Notes: generated by a model from the letters alone, not told the origin. A DNA stretch of 64,000 nt from Gemmatimonadales bacterium (GCA_037189525.1 JBBCJC010000002.1:512001-576000), one strand, 5' to 3'. Shown: positions 29,762 to 41,816, counted from the stretch's first letter. A program made the numbers and translations.

Positions 29762-32446
29762 ATGTCCCGATTCCAGTTTGGTCGCCGGCTGCGGTCGGTT
29801 TGGTGGCGGCCTCCGGTGGAAACCGAGGTCGACGACGAAATGGCGTTCCATCTCGCCATGCGGGTCCGCGACCTGGTCGACAGCGGGATGTCCGAAGCAG
29901 AGGCTCGGCAGGAAGCGCTCCGCCGCCTCGGCGATCCGGCCGAGTTGCGGCGCCGTCTGACACGACTGGGTAAGGCACGGGATCATTCGATGCAACGCAC
30001 GGAATGGTGGGCCAGTCTGGTGCAGGATCTCCGGCAGGCCGTTCGCTCGCTGCGCAAACAGCCGGGCTTCACGGCGGCCGCGGCGCTGACGCTGGCGGTC
30101 GGCGTGGGCGCCACGACGGCCATCTTCAGCGTCCTCTACTCGGTCGTGCTCAGGCCGCTGCCGATTCCGGAGCCGGATCGGTTGGTCTGGATCTCCCGGA
30201 CCTGGGAAGGGCGTCCCGGTGGAACCCTCTCGGTCGGTAACTACGCTGATTTGCTAGCTGGGCAGAATACATTGGCATCCTACACGGCCGGCTACTCCGC
30301 TCCGTTCATTCTTGGTTCGGGTGAGCAGCCCGAGTCGGTGCGCGGCGCTCGGGTGACCTCGTCGTTCTTTACCGTGCTCGGCGTTGCCCCGGCTCTCGGG
30401 CGGGTCTTTGCCGCTGCGGAAGACGAACCCGGCGCGGGCTCGGTCGTCGTGCTCAGCCATCGGCTCTGGACCCGGCGCTTTGGGGCGGATCCGGCCGTGG
30501 TCGGCCAGAGCATCCTCCTCAATGCTGTACCGCACATCGTGCTCGGCGTGATGCCGGCGCGGTTCGACTTCTTCGAGAACTGGGACGAACTCTGGGCGCC
30601 TGCCGGATTCAGTACGCGGCAGGCAGCGGACTACGACGGGAGCTATCTGTTCCATGTCTACGGCCGGCTCCGCCCGGGCGCCACGGCGGAACAGACCAAG
30701 GCCGCCATGGCGCCGACCGTGGCACGGCTCCGGGAACAGTATCCCGATTTCAACTCGTCGCTCGAAGTTCACGTCGAGCCTCTGATGCGCGCCGTCCTGA
30801 ATAATGCGGTCGCGGATCGGATCTGGGTGCTGTTCGGAGCGGTGGGCCTGGTGCTGCTGATCGGGTGCGTCAACGTCGCCAATCTGCTGTTGGCGCGCGG
30901 CGTCGGTCGAGCCCGCGAGTTGGCGGTCCGGGCCGCACTCGGCGCCGGGCGCGGACGGATCATCCGTCAGCTGGTGACGGAGAATCTGGTCCTGGCCGCG
31001 CTTGCCGGGCTGCTCGGCCTTGGCGTGGCGCATCTCGGAATCAAGCTGATTCTGGCCGGTGCGCCTCCGAACCTGGCGCGGCTCGACCAGGCGGGCCTCG
31101 ATCTGGCCACCGCCACGTTTGCCGTAGCCGTGGCATTCGGAAGCGTGCTCCTGTTCGGTGTCCTTCCGGCTGCGCGGGTGGCGGCAATGGGCATTGCGAG
31201 CGCGTTGCGCGACGGTTCGCGCGCAGTAGCCGGCGGCGGGGAATGGCTCCGACGCGGGTTGGTGGCGACCGAGGTCGGTCTGGCCCTGGTGCTCCTGGTC
31301 GGCGCGGGGCTTTTGATCCGCACGGCTATCCATCTCGGGCGTGTCGACCCCGGGTTCGATCCGGGGCCCGTGTTGTCGGGGCGAATCAGTTTGCCGCGCG
31401 TCGGATACGAGAGCTGGGAACGCGTCACCCAGACCTATACGCGGATCAGCGAGGAACTGGCGCAGACGCCGGGTATCGAAGCGGCGGCGCTGGTTTCGCA
31501 GGTACCGATGGGGCCGGGCGGGAATACCAATGGTCTGATCCCCGAGGGGCGTCCGATCGAGGGGCGGAGCGCCATCATGGCGCGGCTCCGCCTGGTGACG
31601 CCCGATTACTTCGACGTGATGCGGATTCCGCTGCGTTCCGGCCGCGCCTTCACCGACGATGACCGGATCGGCACGACACGGGTGATGATCGTGAGCGAAG
31701 GATTTGCTCGTGAGGCGTGGCCCGGTCAGGATCCCATCGGCAAGCGGGTCGCCTGTTGTGAGCAGGCTCCCGACCACGGGCCGATGTGGAAGGAGGTCAT
31801 CGGCGTGGCCGGTGATGTCCGCACCAACGGGCCCGCCGAGCGGGCTGAGTTGGAGTACTATTTGCCGATCACTCAGACGCCGGCTGGCGCATGGGAGTGG
31901 CTGGGTCGGACCATGACGTTCGTCGTGCGCGGCCCCCAAGCACCGGCTGCGCTGGGGACGGCCGTCCGCAGTGCCATTGCCACGGTCGATCCGGCGGTGC
32001 CCGTGTTCCAGATCGCCACCATGAGTGAGCGCCTGGAGCGCACCGGCGCCGAGGCCAGGTTCAACACCCGGTTGCTCAGCATCCTCGGCGCGATCGGATT
32101 GGGGCTCGCGATCGGCGGGATCTACAGCGTGATCGCCTTCTTCGTCAACCGGCGCACCCGCGAACTCGGGGTTCGGATGGCGCTCGGTGCCTCCGCAGCG
32201 GACATTCGGCGCCTGGTGCTGCGGCAGGGGCTTGGCCCCGTCGTCGTGGGCATCGGGGTGGGCCTGGTCGGGTCGATCGCCCTGACACGCTTGCTGTCCG
32301 GTCAGCTTCGCGGCGTCAGCGCGACCGATCCGATCACGCTGGCCGGAGTCACGCTCCTGCTCCTCCTCGTGGCAGCAGCAGCGACGGTGCTACCGGCGCG
32401 CCGGGCCACTCGCATCGACGCCACCGTGGCGATGCGGGAAGAGTAG
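29762..32446 (+). CDS. Duplicated MacB/FtsX-type ABC permease (ADOP family)
   Basis: EVDDEMAFH prefix; [37 protein letters not shown]; 7 nt downstream of padR. Confidence 0.93.
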   Translation: MSRFQFGRRLRSVWWRPPVETEVDDEMAFHLAMRVRDLVDSGMSEAEARQEALRRLGDPAELRRRLTRLGKARDHSMQRTEWWASLVQDLRQAVRSLRKQPGFTAAAALTLAVGVGATTAIFSVLYSVVLRPLPIPEPDRLVWISRTWEGRPGGTLSVGNYADLLAGQNTLASYTAGYSAPFILGSGEQPESVRGARVTSSFFTVLGVAPALGRVFAAAEDEPGAGSVVVLSHRLWTRRFGADPAVVGQSILLNAVPHIVLGVMPARFDFFENWDELWAPAGFSTRQAADYDGSYLFHVYGRLRPGATAEQTKAAMAPTVARLREQYPDFNSSLEVHVEPLMRAVLNNAVADRIWVLFGAVGLVLLIGCVNVANLLLARGVGRARELAVRAALGAGRGRIIRQLVTENLVLAALAGLLGLGVAHLGIKLILAGAPPNLARLDQAGLDLATATFAVAVAFGSVLLFGVLPAARVAAMGIASALRDGSRAVAGGGEWLRRGLVATEVGLALVLLVGAGLLIRTAIHLGRVDPGFDPGPVLSGRISLPRVGYESWERVTQTYTRISEELAQTPGIEAAALVSQVPMGPGGNTNGLIPEGRPIEGRSAIMARLRLVTPDYFDVMRIPLRSGRAFTDDDRIGTTRVMIVSEGFAREAWPGQDPIGKRVACCEQAPDHGPMWKEVIGVAGDVRTNGPAERAELEYYLPITQTPAGAWEWLGRTMTFVVRGPQAPAALGTAVRSAIATVDPAVPVFQIATMSERLERTGAEARFNTRLLSILGAIGLGLAIGGIYSVIAFFVNRRTRELGVRMALGASAADIRRLVLRQGLGPVVVGIGVGLVGSIALTRLLSGQLRGVSATDPITLAGVTLLLLLVAAAATVLPARRATRIDATVAMREE

Positions 32447-32460
32447 TAGTCGGCGCGGCG

Positions 32461-32940
32461 CTACTTCCGCCGGACCGACCAGGTGCCGCTGACGCGCCGC
32501 GACGACTGGACCAGATACGACGTGAACGTGCCGCGCAGTTCGTTGCCCTGAATGACGCCGTCGAACGCCGTCCGGACCTGCTCACCGGTGTCCGGATCAG
32601 GGTACGGGTCGATCCAGCCCGTGATCTCGTTTCCTTCGCATCGTACGAAGCTGATGCGGAGCACCTGCGGTCCAGGCCGGTCGATCCGGGCGTTCGGAGT
32701 TACTTGCGGATTCCGGGCGTAGTCGGCGGGCATCATGACGACGTCACCCCAGGCCGTATCGGCGCCAGCGGACAGGGTGAAGACGATCGAACCGTCCCGT
32801 CCGGTGTCGGGACTGCGATACTCACCGACCCAATGGCCGACCAGCGGTTCGACCGGCCCCTGGACCGGGATCGGCATGCCCGGACCTGCGCATCCCGCTG
32901 CCATCAGCACTGCCGCGCCCAGCGCCCATCCTCGTGTCAT
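32461..32940 (-). CDS. Hypothetical lipoprotein
   Basis: Lipobox AAGC, then LVGHWVGEY...GTWSVRR (beta-barrel-like). Confidence 0.7.
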   Translation of the reverse strand: MTRGWALGAAVLMAAGCAGPGMPIPVQGPVEPLVGHWVGEYRSPDTGRDGSIVFTLSAGADTAWGDVVMMPADYARNPQVTPNARIDRPGPQVLRISFVRCEGNEITGWIDPYPDPDTGEQVRTAFDGVIQGNELRGTFTSYLVQSSRRVSGTWSVRRK

Positions 32941-33065
32941 TGCTGCCTCGCCCTCGTGTCTGACCTGATCTTAGGTCGGCGACCATGAAGGGGCCGTGAA
33001 ATCCGAGCGAAACACGCGGTGGCGCGGGCTCTGGTCGGAGCGGGCCCGTGAGGTTAGCATGAGGC

Positions 33066-34163
33066 ATGTTGGTTTTGCTTCTGGCGCTGCAGATTGCAGT
33101 CCCGCGGCCCGCCGTACCTGCGCGTGATTCGATTCCGTTTGCCCGGACTATTTCGGAAATCTCCGAGTCGGGCGGCTACTTCGATACCGACAATCTGATC
33201 TCGAACGAGTCATCCTACCTGCACATTGCCGGGGTGTTGCGAAGCGAGGCGCCCAAGGGAGGCGCTTACATCGGCGTCGGTCCGGATCAGAACTATTCCT
33301 ATATCGCGGCGGTGCGTCCGTCGATTGCCTTCATCGTCGACTTGCGGCGAGACAATCAGCTGTTGCATCTGCTCTATAAGGCATTGTTCGAGACCTCGCG
33401 CAATCGGCTGGATTTCCTGTGTCTGCTGTTCGGGCGGACGCCTCCGGACGATCTCAACGTCTGGAACACCCGCTCGCTGAGCGAGTTGCTCGACGCGGTG
33501 GGCAAGCTGCCGGCCGATACGGGCCGCCATCGTCGAACCCATGCGGCATTGCTCGAGCGGATTCGCGGGTACGGCGTTCCGCTTGCTGCGGTGGATGTGT
33601 CGACCCTGCGCCGTTTCCACGATGAGTTCCTTCGCTCCGGACTGGAACTCCGCTTTGCGACCTACGGGCGCGGTCCCCGCTCGTACTATCCGACCATTCG
33701 CCAGCTCTATCTCGAGAAGGATCTGGCCGGTCGGGAGGCGAGTTATCTGGCGCGGGAAGATGACTTCCGCTTCGTGCAGACCTTGCAGCGACGTGGTCGA
33801 GTGTTGCCGATCGTTGGGGATTTCGGAGGCACCCACGCTTTCCGGGAAATTGGAAAGCTGCTCAGTGAGCGCGGCTTGAAGATGTCACTCTTCTATACTT
33901 CGAATGTCGAGTTCTATCTGTTCCGGCAGCAGACCTTCCGGCGCTATGTCGACAACGTGCGCGCGCTGCCCTGGGATGCCAAGGGCCTGATTGCGCGAAG
34001 CTACTTCGGCGGGGTCATGGGTCAATCGCACCCGCAGGCTCGGCCGGGCTACGCCAGTGTCCAGCTGCTGCAGACCGCGGCGAGTTTTCGGGAGCGGACC
34101 ATGCAGCCGGAGCGGGTGTCGTACTGGCAGCTGGTGACGGAGGACGCGCTCCCCGTCAAATGA
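33066..34163 (+). CDS. Exported hypothetical protein
   Basis: 365-aa ORF with hydrophobic N-terminus and conserved-looking blocks GYFDTDNLISNE, YIGVGPDQNYSYIA and FYTSNVEFYL. Confidence 0.75.
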   Translation: MLVLLLALQIAVPRPAVPARDSIPFARTISEISESGGYFDTDNLISNESSYLHIAGVLRSEAPKGGAYIGVGPDQNYSYIAAVRPSIAFIVDLRRDNQLLHLLYKALFETSRNRLDFLCLLFGRTPPDDLNVWNTRSLSELLDAVGKLPADTGRHRRTHAALLERIRGYGVPLAAVDVSTLRRFHDEFLRSGLELRFATYGRGPRSYYPTIRQLYLEKDLAGREASYLAREDDFRFVQTLQRRGRVLPIVGDFGGTHAFREIGKLLSERGLKMSLFYTSNVEFYLFRQQTFRRYVDNVRALPWDAKGLIARSYFGGVMGQSHPQARPGYASVQLLQTAASFRERTMQPERVSYWQLVTEDALPVK

Positions 34164-34190
34164 GCGCGTCCCGGCAGGCGAAGGTGTTGC

Positions 34191-34913
34191 TCAGCGAGGG
34201 ATGGTAAAGAGCCGACCCCACCGCACGTTGGAGAGGATCGGAAGCGGCTTGTAGGTCTCGGGGTCGTAGCTGTAGTACACGATGATCGGCGAGCCCTCGA
34301 CGTTAGCCCGTGGCAGGAACCCCCAGTAACGCCCGTCGTACGACTCGCTCCGGTTGTCTCCCATCACGAAGTACGTCTCCGCCGGCACCACGATGGGACC
34401 CCAGTCGTTGGGCGTTGGTACGTACGTCGCGGTGTCCGCACCGACCAGGTAGCGCACCTGCCAGCGCCGGATCTGCGCGTCGCCGGCCGGATCGGACGGC
34501 ATCAGCCGCGGGCCGGTGGGTACCCACGGTTCCTCGATGGTTGCCCCGTTCCGGACCAGAATCCCGTTCTGCATGGCAAGGGTGTCGCCGGTCATGCCCA
34601 CGATCCGTTTGACGACGGTCAGGTCCGGCGTCTCGACTGACTCGAAGACGACGATGTCGCCCAGTTTGGGTTGCCGGATGGCCGGTAGCCGGGCATTGGT
34701 CAGCGGAATCCGGGGGCCGTAGAGCAGTTTATTGACGAAGAGGACGTCACCGACGAGGAGCGTGTTCTCCATGCTCGACGAGGTGATCCGGAAGGCCTTG
34801 AACAGGAAGGAACTGACCAGGAACCAGATGGCCAGTGCGACCACGATGGTCTTGGCCCAGCTCAAGAGCCATCCGCCGGCGCCGGTGGGCGCCGCTTTCG
34901 CGTTTTTGGCCAT
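34191..34913 (-). CDS. lepB: Signal peptidase I
   Basis: SSSMENTL (catalytic Ser), VKRIVG (catalytic Lys) and GDNRSESYDGRYWG. Confidence 0.93.
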   Translation of the reverse strand: MAKNAKAAPTGAGGWLLSWAKTIVVALAIWFLVSSFLFKAFRITSSSMENTLLVGDVLFVNKLLYGPRIPLTNARLPAIRQPKLGDIVVFESVETPDLTVVKRIVGMTGDTLAMQNGILVRNGATIEEPWVPTGPRLMPSDPAGDAQIRRWQVRYLVGADTATYVPTPNDWGPIVVPAETYFVMGDNRSESYDGRYWGFLPRANVEGSPIIVYYSYDPETYKPLPILSNVRWGRLFTIPR

Positions 34914-34938
34914 GCTCAGATCCCTTCCGTGCCGGTCG

Positions 34939-36087
34939 TCAGATCTTGAGGATCCAGCCCCGTCGTTCGAGGCCGAGCAGGATCAGGTACCAGACCAGCA
35001 CGAAGCTGAGCGCGTAGGCGAGTGACGCCGGTTGGGGAGGAAGCCATGCCTCGAATGTAGTCTGGTAGATGGCTCGTTGGAGCGGGATCGACTGCCCGTC
35101 CACGGGGACCCGAATCAGGCTCCCCATCAGCTTGGCCATCAGCCCCGATCCCGCAAATGCCACCATTGGATTGAGTCCATAGGTCACCAGTGGCCGAGCC
35201 CAGCGGTGATGGCCGCGGACGTCGACCACCCAGCTGACGGTGGCGAGGGTCAAGGCGGCCAGCCCGGCCGAGAGAAGGACGTAGGAACTGGTCCAGAGGC
35301 TCTTATTGATCGGGAAGACCCATCCCCAGACCGCCCCGCCCACGGCCGCAAGCGCGCCGCCGGCAAACAGCCCGTTGAGTCGCTCGGCCAGCGGCAGCTC
35401 GCGCTGCATCCATCGACCGGTCAGCACACCGAGCAGGGTGGTGCCGATGGCGGGAAAGGTCGAGAGGATGCCCTCGGGGTCCCAGGTGCGCGACTGCGAC
35501 CACAGGTGCCCGTCGAGTACGGCCCGGTCGAGCCATGCGGCCAGAGTCGCTTCGGGCGGATCGAGCGTCGCCGGTCCGATTCCTGGTACCGGAACCAGCG
35601 TCATCGCGGCCCAATAGCCAAGCAGCAACGCGGCAATCGTCAGGGCCACGGTACGGCTCGGCCGGCGCCAGGCCAGCAGCGCAGCTGCCGCGTAGCAGAC
35701 CCCGATCCGTTGCAGCACCCCGGGAATGCGCAGCGTCTCCAAGCGCTCCAGCGGAAAGAACGGAAAGGCCGCCAGCCCCAGGCCGATCAGGGCGATCAAG
35801 CCGCCGCGGCGCAGCACCTGGCGGCGGATGGCTCCGTCGGATGCCCCGGCTGACGCGCGTCGGCCGAGTGAGAGTTCGGTGGTGATGCCGACGATGAACA
35901 GGAAGAAGGGAAAGACGAGGTCGGTGGGTGTCCAGCCGTGCCAGACGGCGTGGCGCAGCGGCGGATAGATCGCTGCCCAGGTGCCGGGGTTGTTGACCAG
36001 CAGCATGCCGGCGACGGTTGCGCCGCGCACGATGTCGAGGGAGAGCCAGCGACCGCGCTGTGTCTGATGGCCAGCGATCGGGGTCAT
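34939..36087 (-). CDS. Heparan-alpha-glucosaminide N-acetyltransferase-like membrane protein (DUF5009/NagX type)
   Basis: SLDIVRG, HAVWHGWTPTDLVFPFFLF, GVLQRI, DPEGILS and PINKSLWTSSY. Confidence 0.88.
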   Translation of the reverse strand: MTPIAGHQTQRGRWLSLDIVRGATVAGMLLVNNPGTWAAIYPPLRHAVWHGWTPTDLVFPFFLFIVGITTELSLGRRASAGASDGAIRRQVLRRGGLIALIGLGLAAFPFFPLERLETLRIPGVLQRIGVCYAAAALLAWRRPSRTVALTIAALLLGYWAAMTLVPVPGIGPATLDPPEATLAAWLDRAVLDGHLWSQSRTWDPEGILSTFPAIGTTLLGVLTGRWMQRELPLAERLNGLFAGGALAAVGGAVWGWVFPINKSLWTSSYVLLSAGLAALTLATVSWVVDVRGHHRWARPLVTYGLNPMVAFAGSGLMAKLMGSLIRVPVDGQSIPLQRAIYQTTFEAWLPPQPASLAYALSFVLVWYLILLGLERRGWILKI

Positions 36088-36267
36088 CGAGCGGATACCT
36101 CGGCGGGTTAGCGAGGGACCGACCTGCCTGTCCCGGAATGATAACGGGAGCCTGGTCCGAAGGTTGCCGGAAGAGTTGGGGTTTGGGCGGGTAGGGGTGG
36201 CCGCGCGCCGCGCTGTCGTGATAGAAGGATCCAGCAGCGTTCCGTTTCAGGAGATGGAGTGTTTCCG

Positions 36268-36606
36268 ATGGGTAGAGCCGGATTGATCTGGGTGCTCGGG
36301 GTGGCTGCGCTCGCGGGATGCGGTGAGTCGGATCCGACGGCGCCGACGGAACCGAACACGGTCCTGGTGACCACGAATCAGTTTACGCCGTCACAGCTGT
36401 CGGTCACGCCGGGAACGACGGTGACCTGGCGTTGGCAGAGCGGCGAGCACGATCTGACGTTCGAGGACGGGGTCGGTAACGTTGCGGCGAAGAGCAGCGG
36501 CAGCAGTACCAGAAACTTCGGCACGAGCGGCAGCTTTCGGTATCGCTGCGTGATTCATTCGTCGAGTTATACTGTCGGGATGGTGGGGTCGGTCCAGGTG
36601 CAGTAG
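36268..36606 (+). CDS. Cupredoxin/plastocyanin-like lipoprotein
   Basis: Lipobox LAGC; type-1 copper ligands H (GEHDL) and C-x2-H-x7-M (CVIHSSSYTVGM). Confidence 0.82.
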   Translation: MGRAGLIWVLGVAALAGCGESDPTAPTEPNTVLVTTNQFTPSQLSVTPGTTVTWRWQSGEHDLTFEDGVGNVAAKSSGSSTRNFGTSGSFRYRCVIHSSSYTVGMVGSVQVQ

Positions 36607-36628
36607 GACCATCCGACGCAAACGCACA

Positions 36629-36656
36629 CCGGCCGGAGCTGATCGCTCCGGCCGGC
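36629..36656. terminator. Hairpin between the convergent cupredoxin and ahcY genes
   Basis: CCGGCCGGAGC...GCTCCGGCCGG inverted repeat. Confidence 0.55.
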
Positions 36657-36681
36657 GCGTACTCCCACTGCCAAAATACTT

Positions 36682-38168
<1,487 letters not shown>

Positions 38169-38172
<4 letters not shown>

Positions 38173-39125
38173 GATATCTCCCCCTCGATGAGCTTCTCGG
38201 CCGTTGCGACGAAGAGCAGCGGGCCTTTGGTGGTTGCGTGCGGTGGTAGTGAACGATAGGTGGTCCGGCCGAATCCAGCGGCCTGGCACCAGCTCCGGAT
38301 CGTCTCGGCATCGAAGCCGAGCCACTGGTGACCCATGGTTTCGCGATAGGCCGCCTGTTCGTGCGGCATCATGTCGACCACGATGAGCTTGCCGCGGTTG
38401 CGCAGGATTCGAAACGCTTCCTGCGTAGCGCGCGCCGGTTCGGGAAGGTGGTGCAGGACCAGCGACATCACGGCGAGGTCGGCCGATCCGGGTTCGAGCG
38501 GCAGCGCTTCCAGCGTGCCGTGGCGGCAGTCGACGTTGGCGAGGTCGCGGCAGCGCTCCGCAGCAACCTGCAGCATCGCATCGGATTCATCGATGGCGAC
38601 CACGCGGTGGACCAGCGGCGCCAGCCCCGCAGTCAGCTGCCCGCTGCCACATCCCAGATCGGCGATGGTCCATTCCGGGTCGAGGAGTCCGCCTAGGCAG
38701 AGCCATTCGGCGGCAGGACCGAACAGTTCGGTTCGGAGCTTGTCCCATTCGCCGGCGCTACTCGAGAAAAAAGCCTGGCTCCGGACCCGGCGTTCGGCCA
38801 GGATCGTGGCCAGGCGCGCGGCGTCGCGGATTGCCGGGGGTGTGCCCGCCAACTGTCCGCGGACGACCGACCAGAGCTGGCGTGCCCCGTCGTCCAGAGT
38901 GGGGACAGCCAGCCGGTACCAGTTGCTGGTTCCGTCGGCACGACTGGTAATCCACCCCTCATCGGCCAACACCTTCAGATGGCGGCTGACGGTCGACTGG
39001 GGAAGCTGCAGGATGGCTCTAAGTTCATTGACGACAAGATCTTGCCGCTCCAGCGCCAGCAGGATGCGGCACCGGATCGGGTCCGAGAGAGCGGCCAGGC
39101 GATCGAAGACGGCTAATTGTGTCAT
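38169..39125 (-). CDS. sahR: ArsR-family regulator fused to a SAM-binding methyltransferase-like domain (SahR type)
   Basis: ArsR HTH ([10 protein letters not shown]...[11 protein letters not shown]), then [10 protein letters not shown] and ADLGCGSG; translationally coupled to ahcY. Confidence 0.85.
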
Positions 39126-39171
39126 CCGTATATCCGGATGATATGTTAAAGCTAACAGCATTGTGCGTCAA
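39122..39171 (-). promoter_or_regulatory. Sigma70 promoter and 20-bp palindromic operator of sahR-ahcY
   Basis: Minus strand TTGACG (39171-39166), N17, TAACAT (39148-39143); palindrome TCATCCG-TATATC-CGGATGA (39122-39141) overlaps the start codon. Confidence 0.75.
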
Positions 39172-39195
39172 GACACGTTCCGGATTTAACCATCA

Positions 39196-39221
39196 AACAA
39201 AAAGGGAGCTCTTCGACTCCC
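39196..39221 (-). terminator. Possible minus-strand intrinsic terminator upstream of the sahR promoter
   Basis: Minus strand GGGAG-loop-CTCCC followed by TTTTTGTT. Confidence 0.45.
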
Positions 39222-39435
39222 CCGTGCTAGGCCTACCCACACGCATGATGGTGGAGCTCTGGTGACGCAACGACTTCTGCGAAGCTGCCCAATGTCGAAA
39301 TGGTTGTACACACACTTGGTAGACAAGACCTATTAGAGTTTCAGTACGCGCTGTCGATGGACCACCCTTTTATGGCGTTTTCATGAAGTTATCGTCATGT
39401 GACAACGAAGAGCATCGCAAGCTGCCTAGGAACTA

Positions 39436-39464
39436 TTGACAAAGTCACCACTAAATCGTACCGT
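39436..39464 (+). promoter_or_regulatory. Sigma70-type promoter for the island operon
   Basis: TTGACA (39436-39441), N17, TACCGT (39459-39464). Confidence 0.6.
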
Positions 39465-39528
39465 GGTTTTGTTCACTGTGTAACAGCCTTTTCGGTTCGC
39501 GGTTGGTCAGCACCGAGGTCTGATACGC

Positions 39529-40770
39529 ATGATGAAAGCATGCGCCGAGATCCCCAAGCAACTTCCTACCGGGCTTTGTCAACAAAGCCTCCACACCCGT
39601 ACGGTCGCGATTCACCGACGGGTCTTTGAAATAAAATTCGTGTCTGCTGCGTTGATCATATTTGCGATCGTACCAGTGGTCTCTTGCATTAGCGGGGGCA
39701 ATGATCCGACTAGATTTGATGGTACTTGGACTCCTACCCGCTCAGTCTCCGACGGTGGGACGGCTCAGCTTTCCCTTAAGCAGATACAGACACTTGGCTC
39801 GGCCGATGGTCCAATAGTATTCGGCCGTATTGGTCGCGGCGCGATTAGTGGTGACAGCATTCTTGTTGTCAATGATATGGTAGCCTGTGATGTCGTCTTT
39901 ATTCGTCCGGTCTCGCGCACTCTGCTGGGTCGGTTCGGCCAGTGTGCTTCTGGGCCGGGAGGATTTCGCGCTATCTCATCGCTCCAATTCTATGGTGACA
40001 CTCTAGTCGTATTCGATGGGGGGGTGCGCCAGCTCATCTTTGTGGAGCCTCCGGGGCGTGAGATATATCGCGTAACTATCGATCCAACCGCAAGTATTTT
40101 GTCACCTGTCGAAGTGTATGTCGTTGACGACTCATCACTCGTCGTGGTGGCTTCTGTGCGTTCTGGTACGGAAGATGATGCGGGCGGGTTTTTACTATCT
40201 CTGGTCGACCGTCGAAACGGTAAAACGATCCGACAGGTGCTACGTCCTCCTCCAGTTGGACGGGGCGCTCTTACCCCCACATTCAGTAATGTTACGGCTT
40301 GCGTGGCATCGCCAAACGATGATCGTCGCATATTTGTTGCCAATCAGTGGAAGTTTCAGGTGGTCAGTTTAGGACTGCCTGAACTACGCAATGGAACATC
40401 GTTTGAGAGGCCGGTCTCGTGGGTCCGACCTGTCTCCCACCCCAACAATCCCAATTCACTGCTTCCATCTACTGGTGTGTTCGGCGTTGCTTGCGCGTCA
40501 ACTTTCTTTGCTGTGTGGTATTCAGGGCGGATGGGACGTCATCCCTCCGCTAAGTTTCCCTATGCGCACCTTGCTATTTGGGATTATACAGGGAATTTAG
40601 TTTTTGAATCGGATAAGCGGGAGGACAGCGGTATTTCGTTAGAACGCGTGCTGGTTGCTACTGAAAATCGGCTGTTCTTCAGAGGGGAGGATAGCCGAGG
40701 GATACCCATTGTCGTTGAGTATGGTTTTCGAGATAGTGACAGTGAGATCTTTCGTGCTGGCCACCGGTAA
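39529..40770 (+). CDS. Putative 6-bladed beta-propeller (NHL-like) lipoprotein
   Basis: Hydrophobic stretch with lipobox VVSC; blade-like motifs (LGRFGQCASGPGGFRAISSL, GDTLVVFDG, IFVANQWKFQV, IWDYTGNLV); lower GC; true start uncertain. Confidence 0.65.
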   Translation: MMKACAEIPKQLPTGLCQQSLHTRTVAIHRRVFEIKFVSAALIIFAIVPVVSCISGGNDPTRFDGTWTPTRSVSDGGTAQLSLKQIQTLGSADGPIVFGRIGRGAISGDSILVVNDMVACDVVFIRPVSRTLLGRFGQCASGPGGFRAISSLQFYGDTLVVFDGGVRQLIFVEPPGREIYRVTIDPTASILSPVEVYVVDDSSLVVVASVRSGTEDDAGGFLLSLVDRRNGKTIRQVLRPPPVGRGALTPTFSNVTACVASPNDDRRIFVANQWKFQVVSLGLPELRNGTSFERPVSWVRPVSHPNNPNSLLPSTGVFGVACASTFFAVWYSGRMGRHPSAKFPYAHLAIWDYTGNLVFESDKREDSGISLERVLVATENRLFFRGEDSRGIPIVVEYGFRDSDSEIFRAGHR

Positions 40771-40788
40771 TGTAGTCCTGTAATCGGA

Positions 40789-41430
40789 ATGAGGGCTATA
40801 GCGATGACATCTCCAACGCCGCCCTTTATACGACTAGTCTTGATAGCGGCGATCTTATCCAACATGGGTCTTGCGTGGCGCAGCATCCATGTAGAACGAA
40901 AGATCACGAACCGCCTCCAAAGCGCAGATTCGCTAGTGGGTGCACTGTCGGCTGATAAGAAAACTGCTGCCTACGAGCGTGCAGCCCTCATACGATCGTT
41001 GGGCAGAATGCCATTGAGTCAGCCATTTCTTTCTGGAATACCATCGTTTGATTCCACGACTAGGATAACCTACGAACCCGCGGACGGCGTCTACTACCTA
41101 ATCTCTCCAACGTGTCGCGCTTGCGATATCAACTACCCGTTTTTGGATTCACTGGCGCGCCATACCCGGCTTCGTGTTGTCGCCATCTCTCGCGATGCCT
41201 CGCCGTCTGACTTATATCGATACGTTGAGGACCGCAAGTTCACCTTCCCACTCCTTGCCGCCCCTGCGGGCTATGTCGAGCATATAACACCACAATGGGC
41301 AACCCCATTATCTGTCATAGTCCTCGGAGGAAAGCTGCACTCTATAGTTGCGGGCCGCCTCGACGATAACACCCAGCGTGATCTTTTTGCCCTGGAGCCC
41401 CAAGTGACGGAGTCGAATGGAAGGAAATGA
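40789..41430 (+). CDS. Membrane-anchored thioredoxin-fold protein (TlpA/peroxiredoxin-like)
   Basis: N-terminal TM helix; YLISPTCRAC (CxxC), VVAISRD and cis-Pro-like ATP in WATPLSVIVLGG. Confidence 0.75.
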   Translation: MRAIAMTSPTPPFIRLVLIAAILSNMGLAWRSIHVERKITNRLQSADSLVGALSADKKTAAYERAALIRSLGRMPLSQPFLSGIPSFDSTTRITYEPADGVYYLISPTCRACDINYPFLDSLARHTRLRVVAISRDASPSDLYRYVEDRKFTFPLLAAPAGYVEHITPQWATPLSVIVLGGKLHSIVAGRLDDNTQRDLFALEPQVTESNGRK

Positions 41431-41474
41431 TTTTCTGATGTTCGCGTCGTGATCTTTTCTCAAAGGAGAGGAAA

Positions 41475-41747
41475 ATGATACGTATTCATGCTCGTACATG
41501 GCCCAAGAAGCTAGCATTGGTTTTTGCTCTTCTTGTTCCTCCTCTGGCCGTCACTTTTTTCCCTCGGGATGCTCAGGCGCAATTTTGGGATTTCTGCGAC
41601 TACACCACTCATGGGGTATGTTGTGAGTGTATCTATGGGATGGGGCATCCCGATGACATCAGTGACTGCGCATTTGGGGCGATTATTGGTAAGGAGACGT
41701 GTAATGCCTATTCGAACATTTGTGTCGGATATTGCCAAGTGGGTTAG
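41475..41747 (+). CDS. Secreted cysteine-rich peptide precursor (signal peptide plus 55-aa mature peptide with 8 Cys)
   Basis: Strong RBS AAAGGAGAGG; basic n-region, hydrophobic h-region and AQA|Q cleavage motif; followed by a strong terminator. Confidence 0.8.
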   Translation: MIRIHARTWPKKLALVFALLVPPLAVTFFPRDAQAQFWDFCDYTTHGVCCECIYGMGHPDDISDCAFGAIIGKETCNAYSNICVGYCQVG

Positions 41748-41816
41748 TGTGTGGGAACTGAAGGCTTGTTAGGCTCCAGCTCTTTAGCGTCAAAGGTTGT
41801 TCGAGGTGATCGATTA

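Noticed and set aside
39399..39629. 76-aa ORF upstream of the propeller gene as a second peptide precursor
   Set aside because: It spans the predicted promoter, overlaps the propeller ORF, and lacks a clear RBS or signal peptide.
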